From contig OZ024742.1 in assembly GCA_964016885.1 (NCBI GenBank), forward strand, positions 204,228,001-204,292,000: 64,000 nucleotides of DNA, given 5' to 3'. This document shows, one piece after another, positions 1 to 13,215 of the stretch. Source of the DNA: Eledone cirrhosa. Lineage: Eukaryota. The position numbers were made by a program, and so were the translations under genes. How positions within the stretch are numbered: the first letter of the stretch is position 1; each line of letters starts with the position of its first letter. The notes under the pieces were generated by a model that saw only the letters and a program-made list of their open reading frames with translations, ran no database searches and was not told the origin of the DNA.

Positions 1-354
1 TAATGAGTTTAATGTTTAAATGTAAGAATTAAAAAAAAAGTCTTTTTTTTATATAAATTCTTTGAATATATTCCTTCTTTATATATTTATTTCCAAGCTT
101 GTAAACATTCTAGTTTCTCTATTATTTTGAATATTGGCGTGGTGTGGTGGAGGGGAGGTCTGCATAAAGCTGTAAATTCTATCTTCGGTTTTATATTCAC
201 CTCAATCATGTCAATGGTTTCACAATTTACCGAGGTGAAATAACGTCTCTATGAATCTCTGGCTGCTAAATCACTTCTATTATGTCAACAGTTTCACAAT
301 TTGCTAAGTCGAAAAACCATGTTCATTTTCTCGCTAAATCTGTTTGGTATTATT

Positions 355-540
355 GTGGGTTGGCAGTATCGGTAGAGAGTCGGACGCCATGCTTTCCAGC
401 ATAGTTACGTCCCTTTACGATCTGAGTTCAAATCCCGCCGAGGTTGACTTTGCCTTTCATCCTTACGGGGTCGATAAAATAAAGTACCAGTAATGAACTG
501 GGTAATTGCTGTCCTTGTGCCTAAAGTAGAAACAATTATT
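355..540 (+). mobile_element. tRNA-derived SINE, family A (Meta-domain-like core)
   Basis: A box TGGCAGTATCGG, B box GAGTTCAAATCC, core GACTTTGCCTTTCATCCTTACGGGGTCGATAAAATAAAGTACCAG; near-identical copies at 50950, 60020 and 63537. Confidence 0.9.
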
Positions 541-636
541 AAAGTGAACTTTAAGTTGTGGGCTATTTGCTTCATAGATTATCAAATTATTCTTGGAAAA
601 GGGATGATGGATGAGCATGCCATTCTCTCTATCAAT

Positions 637-969
637 TACTCTCTAGTCTTAAATAATAGAGTGGAGTGGAATAAGTGCAGGGGTTGTAAAATCAGTAATT
701 TTTCTAGGCTGTCTTCGTTGATTTTAAAAAAAAACAGAATTAGTCGTTTAGTTTACGCCAACCCATCCTATTTATTTTATAACGTATGGGATTTCTAATG
801 ATGTACTTTTTTTGTCATGTATAATGTGTTTTAATGTCTAAAGAAAATTAATTGTTGCAGGAATGCTACCACTTAAAACAAAGTTTCGCCGGAGATAGAT
901 TAGCAAGATTTAATAGGCGGGGGTGGGGTCTGAAAAATTAATAGGCGGAGGGTGGACGATTCTACAGTA
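637..969 (+). mobile_element. Degenerate dispersed repeat, possibly a non-autonomous DNA transposon
   Basis: Starts TACTCT..AATAATAGAGTGGAGTGGAATAAG, resembling the minus-strand end of 26700-27100 (TACTCTCGG..AATAGGGGTGGTGGTGGAATAAG). Confidence 0.35.
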
Positions 970-1199
970 TTACAACTAAGCTGGGTATTTTAGGAGCCAA
1001 CTAACAGATATATCAACCAGAGAAAAAAGCAGACACATATTGTCTAAAACTCCTCTGGTTACTTCTTATAGTCTGGAGCTTCAAACCATGAAGAACAAAC
1101 TGTCTGTCACCTCTTCATTGTTAATATTGCAATATATCGTCAAATTTGTTCATTTCCAATATTCTGGTGGGCAGTTTTATGTATCGGTTATTTTCAATT

Positions 1200-1972
1200 C
1201 TTTTCTAGTCAATCTAACCATACGATAGGTTTTCTTGTCAATCTAACCATTCAATAGGTTTTCTTGTCAATCTAACCATACGATAGGTTTTTTTGTCAAT
1301 CTAACCATTCAATAGGTTTTCTTGTCAATATAACCATAGGATAGGTTTTCTTGTCAATCTAACTATACTATCGGTTTTCTTGTCAATCTAACCATACGAT
1401 AGGTTTTCTTGTTAATCTAACCATACAATAGATTTTCTTGTCAATCTAACCATACAATAGGTTTTCTTGTCAATCTAACCATACGATAGGTTTTCTTGTC
1501 AATCTAACCATACAATAGATTTTCTTGTCAATCTAACCATACGATAGGTTTTCTTGTCAATCTAACCATACGATTGGTTTTCTTGTCAATCTAACCGTAC
1601 GATAGGTTTTCTAGTCAATCCAAGCATACTATAGGTTTTCTTGTCAATCTAACCATACTATAGGTTTTCTTGTCAATCTAACTATACTATCGGTTTTATT
1701 GTCAATCTAACCATACAATAGGTTTTCTTGTCAATCCAACCATACGATAGGTTTTCTTGTCAATCTAACTATACTATAGGTTTTCTTGTCAATCTAATCA
1801 TACGATAGATTTTCTTGTCAATCTAACCATACGATAGGTTTTCTTGTCAATCTAATCATACGATAGGTTTTCTTGTCAATCTAATCATACGATAGGTTTT
1901 CTTGTCAATCTAATCATACGATAGGTTTTCTTGTCAATCCAATCATACGATAGGTTTTCTTGTCAATCCAAG
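1200..1972. repeat. 29-bp minisatellite, about 27 copies
   Basis: Unit TTTTCTTGTCAATCTAACCATACGATAGG. Confidence 0.95.
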
Positions 1973-2147
1973 CAATTGATTTCCTTGATAAAATAAAATT
2001 CAGTCAATTCAATAAGAATCTGTCAGATTGGAAAACAAATATAAAATGCCACATATACTCACTGAACAACATCGAAAAAACAGACTTTCATTTAGTTAAA
2101 TTCAGTAAACACCATTTCTTCTGGAATTTTTATTATTATTGTTACAG

Positions 2148-2257
2148 TTAAGGATGAAAGGCGAGGTTGACATTGCCTTTCATCCTTACGGGGCCGATAA
2201 AATAAAGTACCAGTAATGCACTGGGTAATTGCTGGCCTTGTGCCTAAAGTAGAAACA
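2148..2257 (+). mobile_element. 5'-truncated family A SINE with short 5' inversion and 13-bp TSD
   Basis: TSD ATTATTGTTACAG at 2135-2147 and 2258-2270; inverted AAGGATGAAAGGC precedes GCCTTTCATCCTT. Confidence 0.85.
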
Positions 2258-2419
2258 ATTATTGTTACAGCTGTCACCTGTGTAGGTTTAGCCGGCCACT
2301 TCGAGCTTTCTTCGTTGTTTTAATGATAGAGACACTTTCATATCGTCCACAAAGAAGCTAAGTGTGAGGGCAGTGTTTCTACATAAACAATTACGTATCC
2401 TTCCTATTTTCTCAGCATA

Positions 2420-3812
2420 AAGGGTTTACTGACTCTATAAAGAGACTTCTGCGCTATTCTATTTTATCAGTGAGAATATAGTCCCCTTTCTCTGTATTTA
2501 AATTCAAGACAGTGATATAAGAGGTTAGGTTGTCTAATATTCTGATAATGATATCTGGGAGTTCAACAAGTTGAAGGACCTCTAGTATCCAACAGTGGGA
2601 AACAGAATCGAATACTTTCTTCCAATCCAGTTAGACTGTAATCAAGTCCCTCCTATATCATCACACATCTGACATTGTACTTTTGTCAATTAAGAGTTGC
2701 TCATTACACCCCCAAATTCCTTTCTTCCCACCTTCCTGCTCATCTGTGATGATATTGTTATTGTCACAGTGTTCCTAGAGGAATTAGTTTCTGCCATGAA
2801 ATTGGTTGATAGTTTTTTGCCCAAGTGGACTTCTTTGTTTTGTTTTGTTTTGTTTTGTTTTAACCAATCCTGTCTCAACGAATGCCAACCAGCCAGCTTG
2901 GTATGTGTATCCCCATTGAGAAACTCCTGATTGAGGTTGATAAGATATATCCAATAGAAAATAAATTACTTGTACCAGTAGCAACAATCAAGTCTCTTTG
3001 TGATGCTTTCTTATCCTGAAGTTTTCCTACCTCAATCTCATCATTGATGCTGTTGGTATTTTGGTGTAATGCAGAGGCAATAGTTCGTTCAGATCTTTTT
3101 CAACCTCTCTACATCTTGGTTGAATTTCTTTTCCTCACCCCAAATTTTCCTCCAGAAGAAATCCATGTCTTTCTATGATGGGGCCTCAATGACATTTATT
3201 GAGTTGTCTCTCATATCTCTATAAATTGATGTTTGAATTTGGCTGAATCTTTTATTAATCTTTTATTAATTATTTATCTTTTAGCTTTTCTCTTCTGATA
3301 CCGGGGTTTCTCACTGACAGCTCTCAATTCTTGTTTAATAATGATCAGCTTGTATTCAAGACTTCCTTTTTTATTGTCTTTAGACGTCCTTTCTATTTTG
3401 TTTCACACTTTGTTGGATCTCTGCCATTTTATAACAACTAAATACATCGTTATTGACTTTGTAACACCAAGAAAATTGTGATTTATAATTTCGGTTTCTT
3501 CTGTAACTACAACTAAACATATTCTGTTTACCTTTCTCGTTATTTTTTCTATGATTCTTCTATCGTGTTGTAGATGTTGATGTTGTTGTATCAAGCTATG
3601 CTGTTTGTAGCAAATCCTTGTAAGTGGACTTCAATTTTTAAACGGATATCTCTACGATTTCAAATAAAAGGTGTACTCGTCTTCAATAAATATCATCAGA
3701 AAAACAATCAATTATTTAACAAGGCTGGTAGTTGTAGCATTACTGTTGAAGATTATTCATTTTAATTTTATGAATACTCTCCTACGCCCTATGTGCGACT
3801 GCTTGCATCGAA
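2420..3812 (-). pseudogene. Degraded R4/Dong-type LINE fragment (region N-terminal to and entering RT)
   Basis: Minus strand reads DFFWRKIWGEEKKFN and HCWILEVLQL, similar to FWRGIWEQ and HSWITKSLE in the 56756 ORF; many stops; abuts (TATG)n. Confidence 0.55.
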
Positions 3813-4257
3813 ACTGTATGTATGTATGTATGTATGTATGTATGTATGGATGGATGTATTATTATGTGTATACGTATGTATATGAGTGTGTGTATATATA
3901 TGTATATATATATATGTGTTTATGGTTGTATGTATGTTTATATATATATATATGTAGATAATTTAATATATCTACTAACATAAGCGCACAGATGTACGCT
4001 AATGCCAGCAAATACACAGGTTATGTCATAGTACCTAGGTGGTTCAATGCAGGAGAATGCATATATATATATATGTATGTATAAATGTATGTATATATGT
4101 GTGTATGCATGCATGTGTATATTATGTGTGTTTATGTATGCATGCATGTATGTATGGTGTATTTGTATATGTATATGTGTGTGTGAATATATAAGTATGT
4201 ATATTTCTATGTATTTGTGTGTATAAATATATGTATGTGTATATGTATGTGTGTATG

Positions 4258-4320
<63 letters not shown>

Positions 4321-4710
4321 ATGTGTATGTGTATGTGTGTGTGTATGTATGTGAGTGTGTATGTATGTGTGTATATGTGAAATTGTGTATAGAGAATTCC
4401 AGTTCTTTAGAGAATTATTTCACCTAAAAAAAGATTCACTGCAAAAAATAGAAATTCAAGGCTCGCAATTATTTCTGCGTCTTTTAATTACATTTCTGCT
4501 GACTAATTAGTGATCAGGTGTAATTAAAAAGGTATTGTATTGTTTCTTCTCATATTACTTCACCAAAAATACACATATATACACATACACATGAAAAAAT
4601 ATGCATATACACATATGTTCACATACGCATAGATACTTACAGACATACATACACATGGGAAAATATATATATATACATACACTCATACACACACATTGAA
4701 AAATATACAA

Positions 4711-4785
<75 letters not shown>

Positions 4786-5570
4786 AGGTCTATCCATCAT
4801 GAGTGTTCTACTAGCCATCATAGGTATTTCTTCGCATCACAGACTATATACCTCCGGCTAGGGCAATACAATAACTAAATTAAGTTATTGGGATAAAAAG
4901 AGTTGGGTGGAGAAAGAGAGACAGGTAAACAAACACGAATGGTGAGGCAACGTAAAGAGAGGAAAAAATGAGAAAATCAAGTCAATGATTCATTTTCAAC
5001 ATAAGAACTTGCGAATATTGACGAGAAGGCAAAAGACACATCTTGGCCGTGCGAATGTGAGCGAGGAAAGAATTTCGTACGGTGTGGATGGAGGAAGTGA
5101 GAGAGAGGGTCAGTAGCAGAGAGTGAGTGAGGGAAAGTGTGAGGAAGAGGCTAGCCGAGAGAGGGTGACTCTCAGAGGATGTGAGTGAAAGTAAGAGGGA
5201 GAAGGAGAGAGAAGGGGGAGAGAGAAAGAGGATAGCAGTAAGGGAAGAGAAAAAGACAGGTCACAGCGAAGGAGAAAGCATATATGAATGACAAATGGCG
5301 AGCTGTGTTCTTGCAAATATTCTTTATTATATATATGTCATATTTGCAACAACACAGCTCGCCATTTTTCATTCATATATATATACATATATATATAAAA
5401 TACAATATGTTGAAAAGGTAACAGACCAGAGAGAGATATACAGTGCGTTATCAATAATACAGGGAAAAAACCACCAGTGTATGGAATCTATAACCTATGA
5501 AAGGCAGACTATAGACACGATAATTAAAAATATAAACTAAAGCGTAAATAAATACCTCTATAACTATATA

Positions 5571-5650
5571 ACACACGTACAAATCCAAAAATATGTTTCA
5601 CCAAAATTTTGTTGAAAGAAATGGGTTAGTCTCGGTTCATCAGCGTGTGT
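5571..5650 (-). ncRNA. Type I hammerhead ribozyme
   Basis: ACACACG-CTGATGA-ACCGAGA..TTTTGGT-GAAA-CATAT..GATTTG-TA-CGTGTGT; 7-bp stem I, GUA cleavage triplet. Confidence 0.8.
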
Positions 5651-5859
5651 AAGGCTATACATATATCGTGATATTTCGCTCCTAATGACAGTCTTTCCTA
5701 TCTCTGTTTGGTTGAGCACACTTCTCTGAGTGGCTTTGGGCTGACCTTTCTAGCAGTTCGTCCCTCAGAGGCCACTGGTTCACTGACTTCTCTATCCCAC
5801 GTGTAGCTGGACAGTCAATTTTAAAAATTCTCTTAGTGTTGTCTGAAATGTATAGCCTT

Positions 5860-5939
5860 ACACACGCTGATGAACCGAGACTAACCCATTTCTTTCAACA
5901 AAATTTTGGTGAAACATATCTTTGGATTTGTACGTATGT
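5860..5939 (+). ncRNA. Type I hammerhead ribozyme (mirror copy)
   Basis: Same motif on plus strand; stem III ACATATC-TTTG-GATTTGT; one stem I mismatch. Confidence 0.75.
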
Positions 5940-6194
5940 TATATAGTTATAGAGGTATTTATTTACGCTTTAATTTATATTTTTAATTATCGTGTCTATA
6001 GTCTGCCTTTCATAGGTTATAGATTCCATACACTGGTGGTTTTTTACCTGTATTATTGATAACGCACTGTATATCTCTCTCTCTGGTGTGTTACTTTTTC
6101 AATATATTGTATTTTAAAGTGCTCAGGATTTCTTCTCCTTTGAGCACATTATTTACAGGGAATAGCGAGGGCCTATGCCTCCGTTAATTTATCG

Positions 6195-6241
<47 letters not shown>

Positions 6242-6406
6242 CTTATAAAAATATACATATAAACACACACTTTAAAAATATATATATATATATACACACA
6301 CATACATACATATATACACATACATACATTCATACGTACATACATACATACATACATACATACATACATACATACATACATACATACATACATACATACA
6401 TACATA

Positions 6407-7300
6407 GATTAGCACGAAATACCTGATTCACAAAAGAGATAGGGATGCAGGCAAAACACCTAGATGTGATAACAAGTGCAGACTCTGCAGAACTAACATC
6501 GAGGATATCACCCATGTCATCATCAGCTGTCCAAAGATGTCATCGCGGTACTATCTACCTATGAAGCATGATGTAGTGGCCAAATCACTGTACAATGCAG
6601 TTCGTAAAAAAGATAGCCCCGATAATAAACACATTAAAAGCTACAACACTGTGGAAGACATCCATGTACATAATATGAAAGAGTACTGGTGGAATGTTCC
6701 AGTAAAAACCCCAATAAAATGCAGGTATAACAGACCAGATATTATGATATGGGACAGGGAGAAGAAAACATGCACAGTAGTGGAAATTAGCTGCCCAGCA
6801 GATGCTAATATAATATCAAAGATTAGTGAAAAGGAGAATAGTTATGCAGAACTGATGAGAAATCTGCAGATACTCCACCCTGATTACACCTTCAGATTTA
6901 TGCCTGTGATTATTGGGGCACTGGGATATGTTAGTAACTGCCTCAATACAAATCTTGAGAAGCTAGGCTTCACAGGAACAGAAAGAACACAACTAGTTAG
7001 GAAACTACAAGTACAATCCATTAATGGAACAGTAAAAATATGTAAAACATTACAAAAATGTTGCATCTAATAACTGCATATACACATGTACAGATAAAAA
7101 GCATATACACATGCACACATACAACTCAAAACATACACATCCACACATACAATAACATCCATATCTACACATGCATGCATACATACATATCTACCTAGTT
7201 GATGTTGTGTAAATTCCAATGAGAGAGTCTTGTGTCTATGTTAGAAACCCACTCTCTCTCTATTGGTAAAACTTTGTGAAATTATAAAACCAGAAGAACA
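6407..7300 (+). mobile_element. 5'-truncated R4-clade (RLE) LINE: CCHC knuckle, PD-(D/E)xK nuclease, 3' UTR
   Basis: CRLC..H..C upstream of ORF 6537-7070; RPDIMIWD..VVEISCP; flanked by (CATA)n. Confidence 0.9.
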
Positions 7301-7306
7301 TACATA

Positions 7307-7770
7307 CTACACCCTAACTATACTTTCAGATTTATACCTGTGATTATTGGGGGCACTGAGATATGTTAGAAATTGCCTCAGTACAAATCTTGAGAAGCTA
7401 GGCTTCACAGAACCAGAAAGAACACAACTAGTTAGGAAATTACAAGTACAATCCGTTACTGGAACAGTAAAAATATGTAAAACATTCCTAAAAAAAATCT
7501 GCATCTAATAACTGAATATTCACTTGTACAGATACAAAGCATATGCACATGCACACATATAACTCAAAACATCCACATCCACACGTACAATAACATCCAT
7601 ACCTGCACGCACATGCAGGCCATGCATGCAGAGATATATACATATCTACCTAGTTGATGTTGTATAAATTCCAATGAGAGAGTCTTGTGTCTATGTTAGA
7701 AACCGACTCTCTCTCTATTGGCAAACATTTGTGAAATTATAAAACCAGAAGAACATACATACATACATCT
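7307..7770 (+). mobile_element. Second, shorter tandem copy of the same RLE LINE 3' end
   Basis: Direct repeat of about 6875-7305, ending in (CATA)n. Confidence 0.9.
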
Positions 7771-8548
7771 ATTTCAGAAATTCCCACGAGATTTACCAAA
7801 ATATTTAAACGAAGCTGTTCACAATAGTTGAATTGTTTTGTATAAAGGAGAAGGGAGTAGTCTATAGTCATTGCACTAGCGTCAGGTAAGAACATTGGAA
7901 AATAAATGTGTAGGTAAGTGATTGCTGAAAAATATTCATTGAAACTAAATATATTTCCAGCAAATGATGGTGTTATTAGTGGATAAGACATGAAACAATA
8001 CGCTACCAATTCCTGGGGTGGTGGTTCAAATCTTGACAGTGTCAAAGTGTTGCACATTCTCTATCATAACAGTGACGTCTTAAGTTACCTACATTTCAAT
8101 TTTAATTAATCATCATATAATAAAGGGAGGAGAGCAGGACTGTGTCTTGAATATATTTTTTTATTCCGTTAGTAGTTGGATTACTTTGAATAAATGATGA
8201 ATGAATATTACGTAATGTATGTACTAAATTTAGTAGCTCTTGATTAAATATAAATATTCTTATATATAATTGTTGATTGCTTATTTTAAGATTCACTTCT
8301 TTTAATTATATTATATCACGTTTATAAACATTCCCATATTTGCATCGTTATATAAGGGTTATATTTCCGTCGCTAATGTTCTCCTTTTTCGTTACATTTC
8401 ACTGTAATGCAGTTTATATATAATATCGTATTTTTTAAATGTATCATGGATTACTTTACTGATTACAAAAAGGGTGTAACACAGTCTCTCTTCAATTTTT
8501 GTGCATATTGTCAATTACGATTTTATTTGATGAATCATATCTGATACG

Positions 8549-8800
8549 TTGTGTCCTTGAGCAAGAGACTTTATTTGACGTTGCTCCAGTTCACTCAGCT
8601 GACAAAAATGAGTTGTACCTGTAGTTCGAATGGCCAGCCTTGTCACATTCTGTGCCACGCTAAATCTCCCTGAGAACTACGTTAAGTGTACGCGTTCTGT
8701 TGAATGCTTAGCCACTTGCACGTTAATTTCACGAGCAGGCTGTTCCGTTGATGGGATACAACTGGAACACTCGTCGTCGTTGTAACCGACGGAGTGCTTA
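8549..8800 (+). mobile_element. SINE family B (CORE-like), 5'-truncated
   Basis: GTGTCCTTGAGCAAGAGACTTTATTTGACGTTGCTCCAGTTCACTCAGCTG core shared with 15162 and 37256. Confidence 0.8.
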
Positions 8801-9033
8801 ACAATGTATGTATGCATGTAGGTGAGCTATTTGAATTGTTCTACTGAATCTTGTACATGATGTGAGCTGTTCCTAGCAGAGTTATTTTATGGACAGTAGT
8901 GTGTAGTATTGTGGGACCCTGGTATGGTTGCTGTTATTTTTAATATTTTCTTTATATAACTTGTGCATTGAATATTACTAGTACCGTTTTTACCTTCATG
9001 TCACACATCTTGTATATTTCAATTTCAGGATCT

Positions 9034-9230
9034 AGTACTACTACTACTACTACTACTACTGTTGCTGCTGCTGCTCTTGTTACTACTATCACCAACACTA
9101 CTACTACTTCTGCTGCTGCTGCTACTGCTGCTACTACTACTATTATTGTTACTAGTAGTAGTAACCATACTGCTACTATTGCTACTACTACCACCAACAC
9201 TACACCTACTACTGTTACTACTTCTACTAG
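9034..9230. repeat. Degenerate (CTA/CTG)n trinucleotide repeat
   Basis: Direct reading. Confidence 0.9.
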
Positions 9231-9889
9231 AAATAAGTGACTTGAAATTATAGACATAAAGCAAGTTTTAAATTATAGTAATCACAATTCTTCTCTAGCG
9301 ACAGAGGAACCAGCGAAGAGTAAAGAATTCCAAACATGCAAAGAATAAATGTCGGTCATCGGAAGCTTCTGGAAGCTTATAGAATCATCTGGACACTTTC
9401 GATTCTCTTAAAAGGAAGAAATCGAAATATAATTAGGTGTTACTTTGTTCCTTTCGGTTGTTCTTGGTAAGAGCAACTATCGGAATGGCGTGTAACCTTG
9501 TCATTTGAACAATTATTCCTAACCAAACTTCGTTATTGATAATGACTGATTTTAATAACAGATTCTTTGATAGCTGGCTTTAATAACAGACTTCTTTGAT
9601 ATCTATTCTCTTGGAGCAGAGGAGATGACTGAAATAGCAGTAGAATAGAACTTACACTATTTAGTCACAACCGTTAACGGTAAATTAAATACCTTGCGGT
9701 ATTGATCCACGCATTGTGCTCTGACTAGAAATCTCTCAGAGGTCAAATTTACCTTTCATATATTCGGAGTTGATAACTAAAGTACCGGGGTTGATAACTA
9801 AAGTACCAGTCCAGGATGTTAGAGTGGCGGAATTGTTAAAGCATCGGACATCGTACTTTGGAGTATTTCTCTATCTCTCTAAGAGTTTG

Positions 9890-12800
9890 GCGTTCTCATC
9901 AGATAAAATAGGGAGACATGATATGAAGCTTAAAAAACACTTGTGAATAGTGAAGTTTTAAATCAACATATTAAAAATAAATTAAGATTGACGTATGAGA
10001 TTGGGAAAAAGTGAGGGAGGTTGGAAAAAGTAAGGAAGAGATGAGAGTAAAGGATGGTGGCGTAGGAGTATAAGAAGGAAGGATGAGAGAGGAGGAGAGA
10101 TGGGTGATAGAGAGAGATAGCCTTTACAACTGAGAAAAAATATATATTGTCTCACAGAGAGAAATTAAAAAGCCGTTGGAAGATAATAGATAATTTAAAA
10201 GATTTTGAAATTAAAAGTTAATGAGGTTTATGCATGAAGAAAAAGGAATTAAGAATAGTATTAAATTAAGGTTTGTATATTAAAGGGTTTAATAATATGT
10301 GCGAGGAAAAGAATTTATTAATATGTATTATTAAAATAAAATATTAATGTTATTGAGGATATAATGTGAAAAAGAAGGAGAGAAATGAATGAGTTATGAA
10401 TTTAGAGGAATTAGTTAGGGTTTAAGTTTGTTTTTATGTAATGTAATATGTGTACGTAAATAGTTTGTTTAAAATGAGCGCGGAAGGAAAGAAGAAAAAA
10501 GAATGTTTAAGGAAGAAAATATCTAACCTCAAAAAGTATATATGTTTACGAAATATTTTCTAATGGTAATAATATAATATATTAAAAGAAATTAGTTAGG
10601 GTTTAAGTTTGTTTTTATGTATTGTAATATGTAAAAGTCAAATTAAGTAGTAGTTTAAAACGAGCATGAAAGGATGGAGAACATAAGAAAAATTTAAGGA
10701 AGAAAAATATCTAACGTCAAAAATTATGTTTACGAAGGACTTCTAACGGTAATACTATAATGTATTAAAAAAATAATTTTTATGGCCAATGATATGAGGA
10801 AAGATGGAAGAATGGATAATGTTGTGGTGAGCAATAATAAGAATTGAGAAGTAGTTGGGAAGAAAAAGTACAGATTAGAGGTTAGAAATTAAAAAGAAAA
10901 AAGGAAGAAAGGAAAATGATAAAGAGGAATGATATAGAATGAGTAAATTGTATTATATAATTTATAATATTGAAATAAGGTAAAAAGATGGGTATATTCG
11001 TAAAAGATATATAAGCCTTTGAGAAAAAGGATTTTAAGGTATTATAATATTAGCTGTATACTTTATGGAATATTCTGTGGAATTTATGCAAGCAGAGAGA
11101 AAATAAATCCGTGTGTCTATTTATTATAGAATTGAAATTAGATATAATGCTAAATTTCTCTGCTAGGCAGAGATTACATGTTCTGGATAGGGAGGAATTC
11201 AAGTAAGGAAAGGCAGAATAAACCTTCCTCCAAGAGATGTTATAGTTAATATTTTTGTCTTTCAAGCACCATATGAGTTCCGGGAGTGCCGTGTTAGTTC
11301 TTTTAAGTTGGTATCTAAAAGACGAATTGTGATTATAAAATCTAGCTTTGAAGGAAGTGGAGGTGGAAGCGAAATAGGTAAAGGAATTGGTATCAGGTAT
11401 AACCTTACATTCATAGACTAAGTTTTTATCAAGTTATTAAGAGGACATTTAGTTCTAACAGGGCAATTACAGTTACGATTAGAGAAATTAACAGAGTTAT
11501 TAACAAGTGACCTAGTGTTATTTATAGAAGGAATTGGATTGGAGAAGTTATTTACGATAGGAATAATAGTTTCCTGATTTAGATAGGTATTATGAACATT
11601 CAACGAAGTTACGTTTGACGTCGTATTTAAGTTTACAGAATCTAGCCTAGAGTTAACAATGACGTCGGGAGTACTACTGCTATTATTATGACGCTCGGTA
11701 TTGGAAAGATGTGATTTATTATTTAATATTTAATATTTTATTGTTGTGTTTAGAGATAATGTTAGAGATGTTGGAAGAGGTGGAATAAGAAAATGTTATT
11801 GTATGTTTGTTAAAGATTTTACTATAGATATGTGAGGGAGGGAAGCATTTATCTAAGGCCCTAAAGAATAGTTTAGGAATATTATTATTAATAGAAATAG
11901 AGAAAGGAGCATTATACCAGATTATATTTTTGTATCTAGGTATTTTATTAAAGTTATTGGAATGTTCATAATTAATTATTTTACTGTAAGACCTTCTAGG
12001 ATTGGTTTCTTTACTGTATTTAATTTTATCAGGATAACCGGCTTTAGAAAGCGCATTATTATAGTAATTGGCGTTAGCATGGAAGATATCTTTATTAGAG
12101 GATAGGTTTGAGATTTTTTTTCAAATATTACTGACTATAGCATTTTTAATGTTAGCGGGGTGGTTAGATTTAAAATTAACATAATTTAGATTCTCATTGT
12201 TTTTATGGTAAGGGTAATATAGGCCACTGTCAAGATTAAGGGATATATCCAAGAAGTTAGCTAGTTTGACGTTGTTATCAAATTCAATTTTAAGGTTATG
12301 TTGCTTAAAGAGATCACATATATTGTTCTTAATAATATTAAGGTTAACTAAGTTGTAGTTTAAGATAGTAAAAAGTCCATCGTCACGATAAATTCCACCG
12401 CAAAGTTGAGGAATTTTCCGATTTAAAGAATTCAAAATAAAAATACGAATCAAATCAGTCAATTGCGATGAATCGGAAGCACCCATTGTGATATCAAAGT
12501 TGTTGGAAATATCGGCTCTAGTCCAGTATTCACTGTTGAATTCTAAGATAGTTTTTTCTTGCGGTGAGAATGATGTAAAGTTCATCTGTGGTGATGTCAG
12601 AATATTTAAATGCGAAAGATAGAGCGTTGTTGAGGAGTGAAGGCGAAATAAAAGAATAGTAGCTGGCAATATCAAATTGAATAAATTTTTGTTTGTTTTT
12701 CTTATTCAGGTTGTTGAACCAGCCAATTACTTCAGATGTACCAAACCATAAATTTAAGTTAGAAATAGAACAATTAGAACGAACCTGTGGGATAATTCTA

Positions 12801-13215
12801 TCCAAGATGGCTTTACTAACAACCCCCAGATCTGATTTAGAGGGGGGCGATTAGTCTAACAGGCAGTTCCGTTCGAAAATTACTTTTATGATCCTTGAGA
12901 TTTATCCTCGGAGTTCTTGGGAGGAATGGTTCGGTCTTTTTTTCAATGGCAAGTTTAGACATAATCTCAGAAGCTTCAAAGTTTATAGATATTCCAAATT
13001 GTCATGGTTAGTTTTACGATAGTTCTTCTTTAGTTCCTTAAGGATAAGGTTATTATAGTTATCCCTAGATAGGCCATATAAATTATTAGTTTTGTCGGAG
13101 TGGACTAAGACATTTTTAGAGGAACTAAGGTTTAAAATCGTATTCCTGAGATTTACAAGGTGCTCTTGTCCTCTGTAAGGGTTTCTCTTGAATTTAAGAC
13201 TTCTTATAATATTAG
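9890..13215 (-). mobile_element. Naiad-type Penelope-like element, degraded (RT + GIY-YIG)
   Basis: FIQFDIASYY, FDITMGASDS, GIYRDDGL, NFLDISLNL, SNHP, CNC..CPL, FKARFYNH, CNLCLAEK across frameshifted ORFs at 11050-12805. Confidence 0.92.

Larger units (their letters stand above)
5396..6116. repeat. Inverted repeat with ~265-bp arms (5396-5662 / 5848-6116), PLE pseudo-LTR-like
   Basis: Arms are reverse complements with few mismatches; left arm abuts (TA)n; each arm carries an HHR. Confidence 0.9.

Noticed and set aside
1200-1972. CRISPR-like appearance of the 29-bp repeats (also the 35- and 54-bp arrays)
   Set aside because: Units are contiguous with no unique spacers; the context is eukaryotic with no cas genes
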